Origin: Camelus ferus | Taxonomy: Eukaryota | Length of the DNA: 64,000 bases | NCBI RefSeq assembly: GCF_009834535.1 | Contig: NC_045697.1 | Location: forward strand, 44,828,001-44,892,000 | Direction of reading: 5' to 3' | Part shown: piece by piece, positions 11,311 to 24,156 of the stretch | Position numbering within the stretch: position 1 is the stretch's first letter | How the letters are laid out: each line of letters starts with the position of its first letter | Translations under genes and position numbers: made by a program | Notes under the pieces: generated by a model | Database searches by the model: none | The model's input: the letters and a program-made list of their open reading frames with translations, nothing else | Told to the model about the DNA's origin: nothing

Positions 11311-12546
11311 CCAACAGCAGGAAGTGAGCCAAGGCCTGTGTGGCCCTGGTCACAGCACCAGAAGTGCCCTGTCTGCTGCGCCACGGTCTTGGCAGTGCTC
11401 AGATCCAGTGATGCTAAGTCCCTGCTCTGAGGGGGACCGTGGGGATCGGGAAGAGAAATGGGGGTCCTTGGTGGGGAAAGTCGTCTGAAGTGGTCTCTGA
11501 TGTTCCACGTTCGTGCCTTCTGGAAGTCTCAGTGCTAAGCTTGGCGGATCAGCAAATGACATGAAACTGGAGGTAGTGGACGCAGATTACAAACATTCTG
11601 TCTTTGTGTTGCTCTGAGCTCTTATCTTTTGCCCTGTGGTGACACCATCTTCTTAATTTGATCCCTAAGCTAGTTATCTCTGTTGGGAGGAGAGGAGCAG
11701 AGTGGAGAGGGAAGAGAGGGGAAAAGTCACCTGTGAGTGGGGGCGAGCAGGACACAGGGGCCTGCCGGAAGTCCCTGTGGGATGTCTTCACACCACCCAC
11801 GTCTCTTCTTCATGAGCAGAAGAGCTGGTAATGCCCCGTCCCGTGGAAGATGGGAGGTGACTAGTGAGCCTGAGTCACAACAGACTGTGTCCTGTCTGTT
11901 AGGCGGGGTGGGGAGAGAAGAGGCTCAGAACCCCTGATTTAACCGTTTCTTTTGCCTTATCTGTCTGAAAATTCTGGGCAGAATCCTTTCTAATTTCATA
12001 TTCTTCATGATATCACAAAATTGCTAGCTCCCGTGTATGTTTGTTTATTCTTGCCCTTTGAGTTTATAATTAATTTTAATTAATGATAGTATGATATACA
12101 CGATGAATATCACTACTAAAAGTCTTAGGCTCATAAGGTAGACAGTTCAGGAAAGTGTCCCCATTTCTTTCATGTTTTTGCAGTCGGGAATGGGGTAAGA
12201 GGGAGGCGGTTTTGTGTGTGTTGTAATACTCTGTCATGAAGACGTCCCCAGTGTTCTGAGTCACTTTTAAACACCTACAGTTATGGGTGAATAATAATGA
12301 TATGAAAAAGAAAGACGACTGTAGAAAGCTTTGTATTTTGGTCATTTGTGAGCCATAATTGCGGATGAGGGGGAGGGATTAATAATTTATTACCAAATCT
12401 TTTAAATAAAATGTTTAGTACAAATTTGTAGCTTAGCTCCACTAATGAAAAAGGCTTTTTTATTTCCCCAGTGTATTTTAGAAATATTTCAGTTGTAAAA
12501 AGATAGGGCACAGGGTTAACTGTATTGTAATTTCATCCAATTTTTT

Positions 12547-13169
12547 AAAATATCTTTTTATTGAGTTATAGTCATTTTACAATGTTGTGTCGAATTCCAA
12601 TGTAGAGCACAATTTTTCAGTTATACGTGAACATACATATATTCATTGTCATATTTTTTTCGCTGTGAGCTACCACAAGATCTTATATATATTTCCCTGT
12701 GCTATACAGTATAATCTTGTTTATCTGTTCTACGTTTTGAAATCCTAGTCTGTCCCTTCCCACCCCCCGCCCCCTTGGCAACCACAAGTCTGTACTCTAT
12801 GTCCATGAGTCTGTTTCTGTTTTGTGTTTATTTTATTTTATTTTTTTTTAAGATTCCACATATGAGTGATCTCATATGGTATATTTCTTTCTCTTTCTGG
12901 CTTACTTCACTTAGAATGACATTCTCCAGGAACATCCATGTTGCTGCAAATGGCATTATGTTGTTGGTTTTTATGGCTGAATAGTATTCCATTGTATAAA
13001 TATATCACATCTTCTTTATCCAGTCATCTGTTGATGGACATTTAGGCTGTTTCCATGTCTTGACTATTGTAAATAGTGCTGCTATGAACATTGGGGTGCA
13101 GGTGTCTTTTTGGAGTAGGGTTCCTTCTGGATATATGCCCTGGAGCGGGATTCCTGGGTCATATGGTAA
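12547..13169 (-). mobile_element. 5'-truncated young LINE-1 (camelid type)
   Basis: Antisense L1 3'UTR and ORF2 end (agattccacatatgagtgat...gttgatggacatttaggctgtttccatgtc). Perfect TSD gtaatttcatccaatttttt at 12527-12546 and 13170-13189. Confidence 0.95.
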
Positions 13170-13189
13170 GTAATTTCATCCAATTTTTT

Positions 13190-16130
13190 AACTTACATTT
13201 ATTTTTCAAATTTATCACACAAATACATACACTTGGTTTTAGAAGTCAAATGGTGCTATATATATATATATATAGTCATTCCCTCCCTCATTCAATGCCA
13301 TTCTCCAGAGGCAATTAATTGCTCCTAATTCTGTAATTTGTTCTATGACTTCCAATTTTATAAAGCCAGAACTTTTCGTCTCATGCCCTGTCTTCTCACT
13401 TCCTTTATCCTTTCAATATAGTTAGTTACTTTACAACTTTTGGCATTTTTTTTTTAATATTTTTACTAGGTAAATATGCTTTTTTTCCTGAGCCAAATAG
13501 TAGGAGATGGTTACTTTCCTTTATTTTTATTCTGGAATTAATAATCGCCTCATTCATTGTTTTTATTTGCTTCACTGCCTTCAAATCTCTGGCCCAACTC
13601 TTTTCCCCATACCCTCCGATAGCTTTGTAAGATGTCCTTCTTAAAATTTTTCTCATAGTCAAACCTACCAAACAGTCCATCATATCCCGTCCTCTGTTTT
13701 ATTTGTTATTTCTGAGACGTCTTCTGTGGCCCTCGGTTATTCCACTCTGCCGAGGTTGGCTGCTCCCTGGACCTGCTGCAGAAATGCCCTCCTTTGCCCA
13801 GTTCACTTTGCTTCTTTCTCTTGTGTCCAGGATTTATGTCATTTTCTTTCTTAGTTTGTTTCTTCATCCTCTTCAGCCTCCTGAAGAGCCATGGGGGGTA
13901 AATTTTCTGAGACTTTACATATTTGCAGAAAAGAGTTTATTCTCCTTTTACACTCGATTGATAGTTCGGTTAAATTTAGAATCATTGGTGGCAAATTATT
14001 TTCTTTCAGAATTTTGGAGCTGTTACTACATTGACCTCTACCTGTAATGTTCCTTTTGAGAAGATGGGTACTTTTCTTATTTCTGAGCCTTTGCTTGCGA
14101 CCAATTTTTCCTTGCTAGAAAACTTTAAGATCTCTTTATCCCTGGTATTCTCAGCTTCTACACTGCTATCCTCAATTTGTGTTCCTTTTCCTTCATTTTG
14201 CTGTCTTTTAAGCAGGGAATTTCATTCTTCAGTGCTGGTGAATTTCCTTGGAGTATTTCTTTGAGAACGTCTTCTTCAGTGATTTTTCTCTGTTCTCTCT
14301 TTTTGGCACTCCTATTGGTTGGATTGAACCTCTAACCTTCTTAAATATTTTTGTCCTATTTCCGTCTCTTTGTCTTTTTGTCCTACTTTCTGGGTGAATT
14401 CCTTGACCTAATCTTGCTGCTCTTTTACTGTTTCTTATTTTTAAATGTTAGCAATATTTTTAATATCTAAAAGAATTTTCTTCTTTATGTTTGTTTTTAT
14501 AATGCTTTAATTTCATGGATGTACTTTAAAAAATTATGTTTAAACTGCCTATTTCTCTCCCTCTGTCAGAAGAGCGCTAATATGCCCCTTTTGAGGAGAG
14601 GAAGGAGCTGGGAAGTCGTATCCCTTAGGCATGCTGGGTGAACAGTTTCAGGACCCCTGAGGACATTGAATAGAGTGTCTTTGTAGTTTTCTTCTTCTTC
14701 CTGCATTGCCTCCATTTCTCCTGACTTCCTCTTATTTTCTCATTACTTGTTTGCTTGTCTCACTTGAATATTGCAGAATTTACTCAAATACCTACAGTCC
14801 TCTGCTGTCCATTCATTTTTAAAAAAATTAATTGATTAATTTTTTTAATTGAAGTATAGTCAGTTACAATGTGTCAGTTTCTGAGGTACAGCATAATGTC
14901 CCAGTCATGCATATATATACACACGTATTTGTTTTCATACTTTTTTCATTAAAGATTGTTACAAGATATTGAATATAGTTCCCTGTGCTATACAGAAGAA
15001 ATTTGGTTTTTATCTATTTTTATATATAGTGGTTACCTTTACAAATCTCAAATTCCCAAATTTATCCCTTCCCCCCCTTTCCTCCAGGAACCATAAGATT
15101 GTTTACTATGTCTGCGAGTCTGTTTCTGTTTCATAGATTAGTTCATTAATGTCCTCTTTCTTCTTCTTTTTTCTTTTTTTAGATTCCACATATGAGTGAT
15201 ATCATATGGTATTTTTCTTTCTCTTTCTGGCTGACTTCATTTAGAATGACAATCTCCAGGTCCACCCATGTTGCTGCAAATGGCATTATTTTTATTCTTT
15301 TTTATGGCTGAGTAGTATTCCACTGTGTAGATATACCACAACTTCTTTATCCAGTCATCTGTTGATGGACATTTAGGTTGCTTCCATGTCTTGGCTATTG
15401 TATATAGTGCTGCTATGAACCTTGGGGTACATGTATCTTTTCGAATTAGAGTTCCCTCAAGTTCCACTCCTGGGCATTCATGTTTATGAATGAGCCTTTA
15501 CTAAGCTGTTTGGAAGTCCTGTGTCTATTCATTGGACTTTACAGCTGGTGGCTTTCACTGTAGGGTCTTTAGGATGACACTTATTTTTCACTGGGGACCT
15601 TCAAATGTCAGAATCTGTAGTATTTTGTCAGGGAGTTGTTCAGGTTTTCTAAAGTTTCCTTCAATCTTCTGCAAGTTCTCTCTGTTCAATCTGCAGACTT
15701 TTCATCTACTCTCTCTGTTTCCATCTGTATGCCTCACCTCTACTCCCCCATTTTATGTCTCATCTCTGAGTGTGGACCCTCACTTTCTCCTGCAGGGGTG
15801 GGAATGCAGGAGTCAGACCTAGCTTTACCCCACCTTCTGAGATTCTTGTGTTCCCAGCCTGCCTGGATTCTGTAGGTATCTTTAACTTGCTTTTTGCATT
15901 ACCTTCCTTTGCAAGCACTTAGATGTATGCATTCTTCCTTCTCTCTAGCGAGTTATCTTCTTCTCTGTTGCTTTCTGCCATCTTATAATTTATTTCAGCA
16001 TTAAAACTGTCTCCTAGACTGATCAAAGATTGAATTTCTATTTCTGGTTCTTATTTCCTTGAGTATTGGGGTGATTTTTAAGATGAGAAAGGTTGGAAAA
16101 TGTCTACCATCTTGAAACTAAAAATTCAGT
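13190..16130 (-). mobile_element. Ancient degraded L1M/HAL1-like remnant, interrupted by the young L1 at 14821-15477
   Basis: Long T-rich tract with old-L1 antisense motifs such as aattttctgagactttacatatttgcagaaaag...ttctttcagaattttgg and ctttttggcactcctattggttggattgaacc. Boundaries approximate. Confidence 0.55.
14821..15477 (-). mobile_element. 5'-truncated young LINE-1 with a short 5' inversion
   Basis: ORF 15237..15467 encodes KDTCTPRFIAALYTIAKTWKQPKCPSTDDWIKKLWYIYTVEYYSAIKKN, the L1 ORF2p C-terminus. TSD cattcat(t/g)ttta at 14810-14821 and 15475-15486. Segment 15459-15477 is L1 sequence in the opposite orientation. Confidence 0.93.
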
Positions 16131-16654
16131 AATCATCACTTTAATTATAATGGAGAATGATTGGGGCTGGCTAAATTTGTCATTGTTGTATGAAAGGACT
16201 TTTTTTCCCCTCTTAAATTCCCCTCCTGCTGAAAGCTGAAACACTGGTATTATGATAAAGTAATCTTCTTCTTAAATGTGTGAAGGTAGTTGGGGGAACA
16301 ATGAAAGCGATTGATTCTGGCTGAAAATCACATTGCAGCAATTTTTCCATCATTGATGGGGGGGAATTTCTTCCCTTTGTTTCATTGAAATTCATACTTT
16401 CAGATCACACCCAGGTTAGAATACAGTCGGAGGAAATTGTGACTTCTCACGTGGCCTGTGGTACTCTGCATTTTTGCACACAAGTCCCGAGTACAGCCTT
16501 AACCTGTGGGAAGAGTGCTTGGTCTTCTGGTATCATCTCAGCTGATGCATCGTGTTTCAAATAACTGAGTCAAATGGCTGGATTAGGTTGGGGGAAGGAT
16601 GTTAAAGGGTTTCCTGGGAGACAGGAACTAGGTTATAGGTGGTCAGAGGGCAGT

Positions 16655-16880
16655 TGATGATAATGGATATTGAGCATTTATCACGTGGCAAGGACTGAGC
16701 TTGGCAACGCTTTTTATATACATTATGCCATTTAATCCTCATAATAGCCCTATGTGGAGAATACTGTTACCTGTTTCACAGATTAGGAAGCAGAGGATGA
16801 AGTGACTTGCCCAAATTTATCCAGAACCAGGATTCAATCCCTGGCAGCCTGACCCTGGAGCCTCTGCTCCTAACCTACTT
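16655..16880 (-). mobile_element. MIR SINE
   Basis: catttaatcctcataatagccctatg...cacagattaggaagcagagg...tgacttgcccaaa...ccaggattcaatccctggcagcctgac. Confidence 0.85.
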
Positions 16881-17734
16881 CATAGTGATGAAGAGACCAT
16901 GGAGAGAGTGAGTATAAAAAGGGAGGCAGTAGGGACAGACAAAGGAGGAGGGAGAGAGCCTGTATTGACAACATTCAAGGAAACTGTGCCCCAGGCGTCT
17001 TGTGAGTATTGGTGAGGAGAGGGGCTGAGGAGGAACTGTGTAAACATTTGCTTCTGCTTGAATGTGCACCTCCCAGCCCCCCTCCACCAATTAGGAGAGC
17101 CATCTTGAAGAATAAAGAATGCTGCCTTGGCTTCTGAAAAGAAGACCCCAGGACATGCCTTAATGAGAGGAGGGGGAGTCACAGCTGACAGAAAGATAAA
17201 GCTCTCTGCAGGAGCCCAGCCCCAATGAGGCCTGGAGCTTGTTGACTGAGCAGCAAGAGACCCTGCCTGTTGGCTCCCCCAACTCAGTGGCCTCCCCGCT
17301 CCATCTTGGAAGAGCGCTCTCTCCCCGCCTTGAGTCGCCTTCGATGGGACAGTTAATGAGCAGCATAGTGACTGCAGACAGCTCTCCATACTGTTCATAG
17401 CTTGGGCTTGTGACCAGACAGTTCGCCATTGCCCTCCTGGTTCCACTGGAGGAGAAGTTTGTAGAATTAGGTTGCAGAAGCAAAGGGCACAGAGTTAACT
17501 GCGTCACATCTTTCCTTTATTTAGTCACTTGCTTTTGGGAGCAGCATGGATTTAGAAGGGAGGGCTGTTTTGTTCTGAGATGTAATCCCTCTTTAGTCAA
17601 TATTAAGATGCTTTTTAGAATTACTTTGGACAAGAGTGACTGGATTCTGTTACCCACTAATTCAATACAAAAGGAAATCCCTTAAAGTAGAGTTTTTGAA
17701 GGGCTTTCTTCTACTTAACCTGTTTTGCTTCTAA

Positions 17735-18125
17735 GAGGAAGGTATTACTCTCTTTCTAAAGATGAAGAAACTAAGGTGGGGAGAGGGATAAATTAGGAGT
17801 TTGGGGTTAGCAGATACAAAGTACTATATATAAAGTAAATGAACAGTAAGGTCCTACTGCGTAGCACAGGGAGCTATATTCAATATCTTCTAATAGCCTA
17901 TACTGAAAAAGAATATATAACTGAATCAGTATGCTGTGCACCAGAAACTAACACAACATTTTAAATCAACTATGCTTCAATTAAAAAAATTTTAAAAAAG
18001 ATGAGGAAACTGAGGCTCAGAGATGTTTAAGTAGGTGCCACACCCATGGCCATGCGGGGCTTGAAATGGAAGCGAAACCAATATCCACTTGCTCATGATC
18101 CTGGGCTCTTTCCTCAGCACCGTGT
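17735..18125 (-). mobile_element. MIR SINE split by an L1 insertion
   Basis: The MIR core agatgaggaaactgagg is duplicated on both sides of the L1 at 17777-17996. Confidence 0.75.
17777..17996 (+). mobile_element. Short LINE-1 3' end inserted in a MIR
   Basis: gagggataaattaggagtttggggttagcagatac...ccagaaactaacacaacatt plus an A tail. TSD aaagatgaagaaactaagg (17758-17776) / aaagatgaggaaactgagg (17997-18015), 2 mismatches. Confidence 0.92.
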
Positions 18126-19314
18126 TGAGTTGCCTGTTGCTCAAAGTTTGCTAAAGCCCACAGAAGGCTTAAAAGCCCTCTTGTCTTGAGACCCCAGGAG
18201 ATCATCCAGGAAAAGACAGGCACTCGCTAGGCATTTCTTTCTTTGATTATATAAGTGCTCAGTGCATTTCTGGGCACACGGAGAAAAGAAATTAGGTCAT
18301 GTTTTATGTCTCTGAGGAGTTTTCAGTCTCATTGGAAGAGGAATAATGTAAACAAAATATTTAAAGGAGAATTAAATTCCTAATTACAGCTAAATGGCAA
18401 ATGTAGAGTTGCTCAGAAAAGGGAAGGAGATGGCGTAGGCTGAAACACCTGAGGAATGGGGAAGGTGGGGTATGAGTGGACGTGGAGGGGTGAGGGGGAT
18501 GGAAGATGGACCGGACACAGGAAGGCAAGAAAAGGATTTTCTACCAGTGAAAACAGAATTAGGACAGGAGAGGGAAGGTTCTGGGCCAGCCTTGAAGTTT
18601 GGGGTAATGGAGTAAGGGTGAAGGGAGATAGGAATGTGTGTGTAGAAATACAGTTCTTTGATCTCTTATGCTCTACTTGGTTTTTTTCCCCCTCTCACCA
18701 GAATACATAATTTAAAGTGAGACCAAGAAGGGAAAAAAGCCACTTTTTATTGCACCTATACTTACTGTAGTTCTTAATCTATCCATTGTACTAACTAGTT
18801 TTTTGAAGGCAGAGGACAGAAGTACCCAACATTCAAAAAATTATTTTTGGGGGAGCCATTAGTAATCACTGAATATATTGTCTGACTTAAAATTCTAACA
18901 ACTCCCCTCCCCCAATTCATTTCAGGGATTTTGTTTATTTGTTTTGCTTTGTTTTCAAAACAGGTCTCTATGTTTATCAGAATATCCACGTGGAGAAAAT
19001 CTATATTAATGTTATACATTTAGAAAATATAAGTGAACATAAGATTGACATGGAAATAGCAATGCCTCCCCAGGGGAGAAACCCCATAAATGAGTGCAGG
19101 CAGGGCTAGTCATTCCCCCTCAATATTTCCATAGTGTGAACAATCTTCTTCATTGCACCATGAACTCCTAGAAGGAAGAGACCGTGTCACTCGTGTCTTT
19201 ACATCCTGGTGTGCAGTATATACCTAGCTGGTAGAGTTTACTCCAGTGACTGCTGCCATCCATTCTGTTGAATAAATAAGTGAATGCATAAGTGGAAGTC
19301 TCGCTTTCATGTTG

Positions 19315-19724
19315 TGTGCTAACGAGGGTAGTGCTAGCTGTAATGACAAGTAAGCCCCTACATGTCAGTTTTGCACAGCAGAACTGTGGCTATCACTCGC
19401 GATAGTCTAACATCGATGGGTGGCTTTCCTCCACTTGGTGATTCAGGGATCTGGCCTCTTTCTATCTCATGGCTCTGCTTTCCACTGGGGCTGCAGAGCC
19501 CACTGTATATGGCAGGCAGACAGAGAAGAGAGCATAAAGAGGGTACACGTACCACATAGCACTTCTGCTCACATTCACTTAACTAGAACTAGCCACAGGA
19601 CCCTACCTAGGAACAAGGAGGGAAGGAACACGTGGTCCCTGGTTGGGTGGCTTCCTCTAAGAGACACTTAATATCAAGGAGGACAAGTATGGATTTTAGT
19701 GAACAATTGGCCATCTCTGCTACA
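19315..19724 (-). mobile_element. Old MaLR LTR (MLT1J/K/L-like)
   Basis: tgattcagggatctggcctctttctatctcatggctctgc, acttctgctcacattcac...agaactagccacagg, terminus ggccatctctgctaca. Confidence 0.7.
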
Positions 19725-19729
19725 TTCAG

Positions 19730-19870
19730 CCTTTAGCATCTCCTAGCTGTGTAATCTTAGGCAATTTCATAGCCTCTTCAAGTCAGTTTCCTCCTTGCAG
19801 ATGAGAATCCTGCGAGGTTGTTGTCAATATTAAATGACACATGGATCTGAAGTAGCTAGCAGTAGTGTTG
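19730..19870 (+). mobile_element. MIR fragment
   Basis: ctagctgtgtaatcttaggcaattt...tcagtttcctcc...gaggttgttgtcaatattaaatga. Confidence 0.75.
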
Positions 19871-20409
19871 ATGAACATTTGCTTCATGTAGGAGAACTAG
19901 CATAGTATTGTTACTTTTCATGTTCCAGTTCAATTAAGATATTTATTGCATTAATGCTTATTTTTCTTTGGCCGTGATCATGGCACATACAAGACTTGGG
20001 CAACCCAAGGAGCCGATGTAGTCTTATGTATTAAGGTAGAAGACCGGTAGAGACTTTTAAATTGACAGATCCTACTGCTGCCTTGGCACATACTAAGGCT
20101 AGGGTAGCATGTGGTGCCTGTTTGGGAGTGTGGACTTCAGATAAAAAGGAGAATTTTCTCTTGAAAATTTACTGCAGATCTGCTAAGAGAGGGTACATGC
20201 TGTCAGTGTGAAACGCTGATTGGCTTGTAGATATTACCTCATTCGACTGGAGGTGGATGGAATGGAAGTATTATAAACTTGTCCCATAGACCAAGGAGAG
20301 GCAGGACCCTGAGGAAGGGAGGACAGAGGTATGTAAGGACTCAGGACCATGGGAAGAGAAGAGAAGGGGAGGGAAGGGAAGGGTTGAGAGAGGAAGGGAA
20401 GGGGAGAGG

Positions 20410-20814
20410 AGCAGTGGCTGTGCCTGGCTCTCCCTCTCAGGACTGAATTACTCATTCCCCAGCTGCTGGCAGGGCAGTGTGTTGGCTGCTGAGGGCTCAA
20501 AGCTGAGTCCTCTCCCAGAAACTGCCCTTGTTTGAAGGGCATTGCCTCTCTCAAGGGCCCAACCCCCCCCCCCCCCCCAGTTAAGGCAGCACAACCGAGA
20601 CCCACTGTGGACATCTCCGAGGGCCACCCCAGCTTTACATTTCCCAGCGGGGATGGTCGAGGCCGCAGTGACAACTGAGTTCAACTTCTCTCTCTGCCCA
20701 GTTCCGCCTCCCTCATCCCTGCACAGCTGTGCTTCCCAGCGTACTTCCTAGGAAAGTTCCTGCACCGGACTCTGCATCTCAGAGTCTGTGCCCTGGGGAA
20801 CTGGACCTATGAGA
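20410..20814 (+). mobile_element. ERVL solo LTR (LTR16A-like)
   Basis: ccccagctgctgg...tgttggctgctgagggctcaaagctgagtcctctcccagaaactgccctt; end ctctgcatctcagagtctgtgccctggggaactggaccta. Contains a C16 run at 20563-20578. Confidence 0.8.
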
Positions 20815-22919
20815 GTAGAGAAGGAAAAAGCAAGGAAGAGATGGGAAAGGAAGGAAGGTGAAAGGAAGGGAAGAGGAGAGAAAATTTTCCCTCATGGGTT
20901 GTCATATGTCGTAGTCCCCAGAGAGACATCAGCATAAAAGGACTTCACCTCTGGGAAAAGTCAGTGTCATTAGACAACGTGACTCCAACTTGAAGCAAGG
21001 GGCTCTTTGTGCATTCTTCTGGATTCTCTCAATCTGCTTGCCCAGCGAACAATGAGTTTGTTTACTAATGACTGTTCTGCTGACCTTCCACCATCAATGG
21101 CTGGCCCTGGTGTTACATGGTGGTTCTACATACACAATCTGCTTTTTACAAAATCTGTTTTCTCCCTTCGTCCTCCTCCTCATCAAGCATAGTCTAACTT
21201 ACCCAGTTCTTTCTGAACAACAACAAAAATGTCCGTTCCAAATTCGCGTGTTGGAAGACAAGGGGTGAGGGGCTTTCGCTGAGAGGGCTCGTGCTGCCTC
21301 TCGCTCCTGCCAGTGGGGTATGGGAGTGGGCTTCATGACCTTCCGTGCCAAGCACACAGTGGGCCTGTAAAAAGTGCACTTCTGAAAGAATTGCACAGTC
21401 TGTAATCAGTGTGATCTCATTGGCTGGGGTGGAGGGGATTCCCTGGAAACCTGACCTGAGGTCACTCACCTTCAGACATTCTCAGCCTTCTCTATTTGAT
21501 GCTTTTCTGGAGATTTGTTTCATAACAAAAGCTCCTGCTTCAAGGATACTGTGAATATTCTAAAATTTCCCTTTAGTTTATGCGCTTCTGTTTTCTTTGT
21601 GGGTGGGTTCGCCAGGATGAGATTCCATTTCCCTGATAGAAGTGTGTTTCTGGCCTCCCGTGTGTGATTAATTCAGAGGAAGCCTTTATCTGTTGTGATC
21701 TAAATGTGTATTTGTTTTACCCTCAGCCAACAAGACAATTACAAATGTTGTCTTGCCTGCAACTACAGGCTTAGAAATGCAGTTGTCACCGTGAAAGCCG
21801 CAAAGCATATGAGATCCAGGCTCTGGGCTGACACTTGACTAGCTGAGTACATGCAGGAGCCAGAAAGTGGAAAATTTTTTACAGGAGGTGATGAATGCTT
21901 TTCTGCCCCCCACAGAATTGGCAATGGGCTTTGCTTGGGCCTGAATTTAACCCAGAATTGTTCCTGAAAGTGTGCGGAGTGACATAATCGTAACTTCCCT
22001 ACAATACCGTATGCCCAAGTGTAGGTACTGCAAGAATACTCGTTGTGGGGAAGTGTCCTGCCTTCTTCCTCCTGCCTCAGGGTTCTCGTGGACCCCAGAA
22101 GCTCTGGTGGGGCATCTGGGACAGACTCTGACTGGACAAGTGTCTCATTCTGTCTTCAAGAACTGGGATAGGCCGGTGCTCATGGGGGAAACTCAAGGGT
22201 GGAGTGTCTGTCTACCTTGCCATCCTGGGGAAGGTGGAGCCCCCTGGACCATAAATCCACATCTGTCATACTTACCTGCCCCAGACCCATTCGTCCTCTA
22301 CTATCACATGTTTCTCATTCATAGCAAGTACCTTTCTGCCCATAGTTCTAAAGACAGAGATGATAATGAAAATATACCGATAACCGTGCCATCTTTGTTA
22401 TTAAAGCTGAAAAAAATGTGACTTAGGGGGTGCCCTTCCTAGTGACAAGCCTGAATATTTGATGCTATCTTGAGATGGTTCCTCAGGGAGCAGTTTTATG
22501 TCATTTTCTTGTAACTGTCACTCTAATGTGCTGAAGGGAAGGTTTATTGTCATTTGCATATTCTGAAAGTTTACTGAATTTTAAGAGATGTGTGCCTGGG
22601 AAATAGCTCGTCTTGATATATTTAGGAATTCAGTTTTTTTTTCCCCGTGGTTGGAACTGCCAAGCCTGGCTGTACTCTAATCATTTATTTAATACAGCTT
22701 TATGTGGATTTAGTCCAAGCCCTTGGAATTTAAAGAGGTATGACCCATGATCCCCTTACACAGTAAGCAGAGGGCGTCGCACATGCAAGCGAGCACTTGG
22801 AGCCCAGAACCCTCAGCAGAGCCTCTGCCAGGTCCTCTGAGGGGAGTGAGGAGGGAGGGAGGAAGAGATGACCAAGTCCCCTTGGGATACTTTCCCAGTG
22901 GGAGTGGTGCTTGAACTGA

Positions 22920-23063
22920 TTTTTTGTTTTTGTTGTTGGTTTTCTTTTTCTCTTCTTTTTTGTGAGTTGGAGATGATTAGGTGTTTGAGGTACTGGGGAT
23001 TGAACCCAGGAACTTGTGTATGCTAAGCACTCACTCTACCATCTGAGCTATTCCCTCCTGCCC
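22920..23063 (-). mobile_element. tRNA-Ala-derived camelid SINE (Vic-1-like)
   Basis: gaggtactggggattgaacccaggaacttgtgtatgctaagcactcactctaccatctgagctattccctcc preceded by a T-rich tail. Short TSD tgaactg. Confidence 0.85.
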
Positions 23064-23714
23064 TGAACTGGGTTTTGAGGAATAATTAGGAGTTTGGAGG
23101 ATGGGGAAAGGCAGTGAAGACCACCCCAGACAAGGGGCAAAGCCCAAAGAGGCAAGGAGATACACAATGGGGTCTACCTGTGGATTTGTAAAGTGCTCTG
23201 TGGGCAAGAAGGCACTTAGAGATTGGGAATAAGCTTTGTATGATAGTCTAGGGGATTTGAAACTTGGACAGGTGGAGCCATGGAGAGCTTTTAGGCAGGA
23301 AATTGAGTGTAAGAGTGGGCATCAGTCAAATACTGTGTGTGGAGGGTGTGTGAGATGAGAATGAAACTGTGGCTGTAAACAGGTCAGCCAGGAGCCCTGT
23401 AACCTCTGAGGGAGCAGTTTCAGTGGGGCGGTGCTATGGAACCAGGCAGCAAGGAGTGACAGAGCAGGTTGGAGGTCAAGAATGTTAGCAATAAAGAGAG
23501 AGGGAGAGTGCGGTTGGTAGAGAGAGAGCGAGGATGGTTAGGGGAAGACAAGCTGGTGAAGATTGTGTAAGAATCACCACTCTGATGAGCATTTGTTGTT
23601 TGTATGTTCTTCTGGACTTCTTTGATGTGCTTGACCCCCACTAATCGCCCCAGGTTGAGATGAGCATTGCTTGGACTTTCTTCCTGTCTTCTGAAATATT
23701 AGAGAAAACTTAGC

Positions 23715-23850
23715 TGCTTATATATTTGCCTTCCCTTTCTAGACCGCAAGCAATTTGAGGGCAGGGTTTGTGTTTTATTAATATTTGTAGCCCCCATTCC
23801 TGGCACTTAGTAGGTACTCAAATGGGGTTTGTTGAAGAGGGATTGAATAA
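23715..23850 (+). mobile_element. L2 3' end
   Basis: ctagaccgcaagcaatttgagggcaggg...cctggcacttagtaggtactcaaat...tttgttgaa. Confidence 0.75.
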
Positions 23851-23975
23851 TGGTATAAATGTTATAGGTTGAAGGGAAAGGAACCATAGAAACGGAGAGG
23901 TTGAAGATGGCAGAGAGAAGGGAGATATTGATAAGAGGAAATTTCAGAGGGTAGAAGGGGATAGATCCTCCAGAA

Positions 23976-24156
23976 TAGGGGTCAGCAAACTTTTCTGTAA
24001 AGGCCTGAATAGTAAATGTTTTAGACTGTGGGCCAGATGGTCTTTGTTACTCAGCTCTGCCATCACAGTGTGAGAGCAGCTGTCCACAGTAGGTCAAAGA
24101 AAGGCATGGCTGTGTTCCAGTAAAACTTGGCTTATAAACACAGGCCCTGACCCCTG
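23976..24156 (+). mobile_element. MER58A-like hAT-Charlie DNA transposon
   Basis: Terminal inverted repeats taggggtcag / ctgacccctg, body aaacttttctgtaaaggcc...ggcatggctgtgttccagtaaaactt, and an 8-bp TSD ctccagaa (23968-23975) / ctctagaa (24157-24164). Confidence 0.88.

Noticed and set aside
15237..15467. 76-aa ORF with real protein-like sequence
   Set aside because: It is the C-terminus of L1 ORF2p in a 5'-truncated element, not a host gene.
16880..17446. Longest ORF in the track (188 aa)
   Set aside because: No recognisable domain or supporting splice structure, and compatible with a chance ORF in moderately GC-rich DNA.
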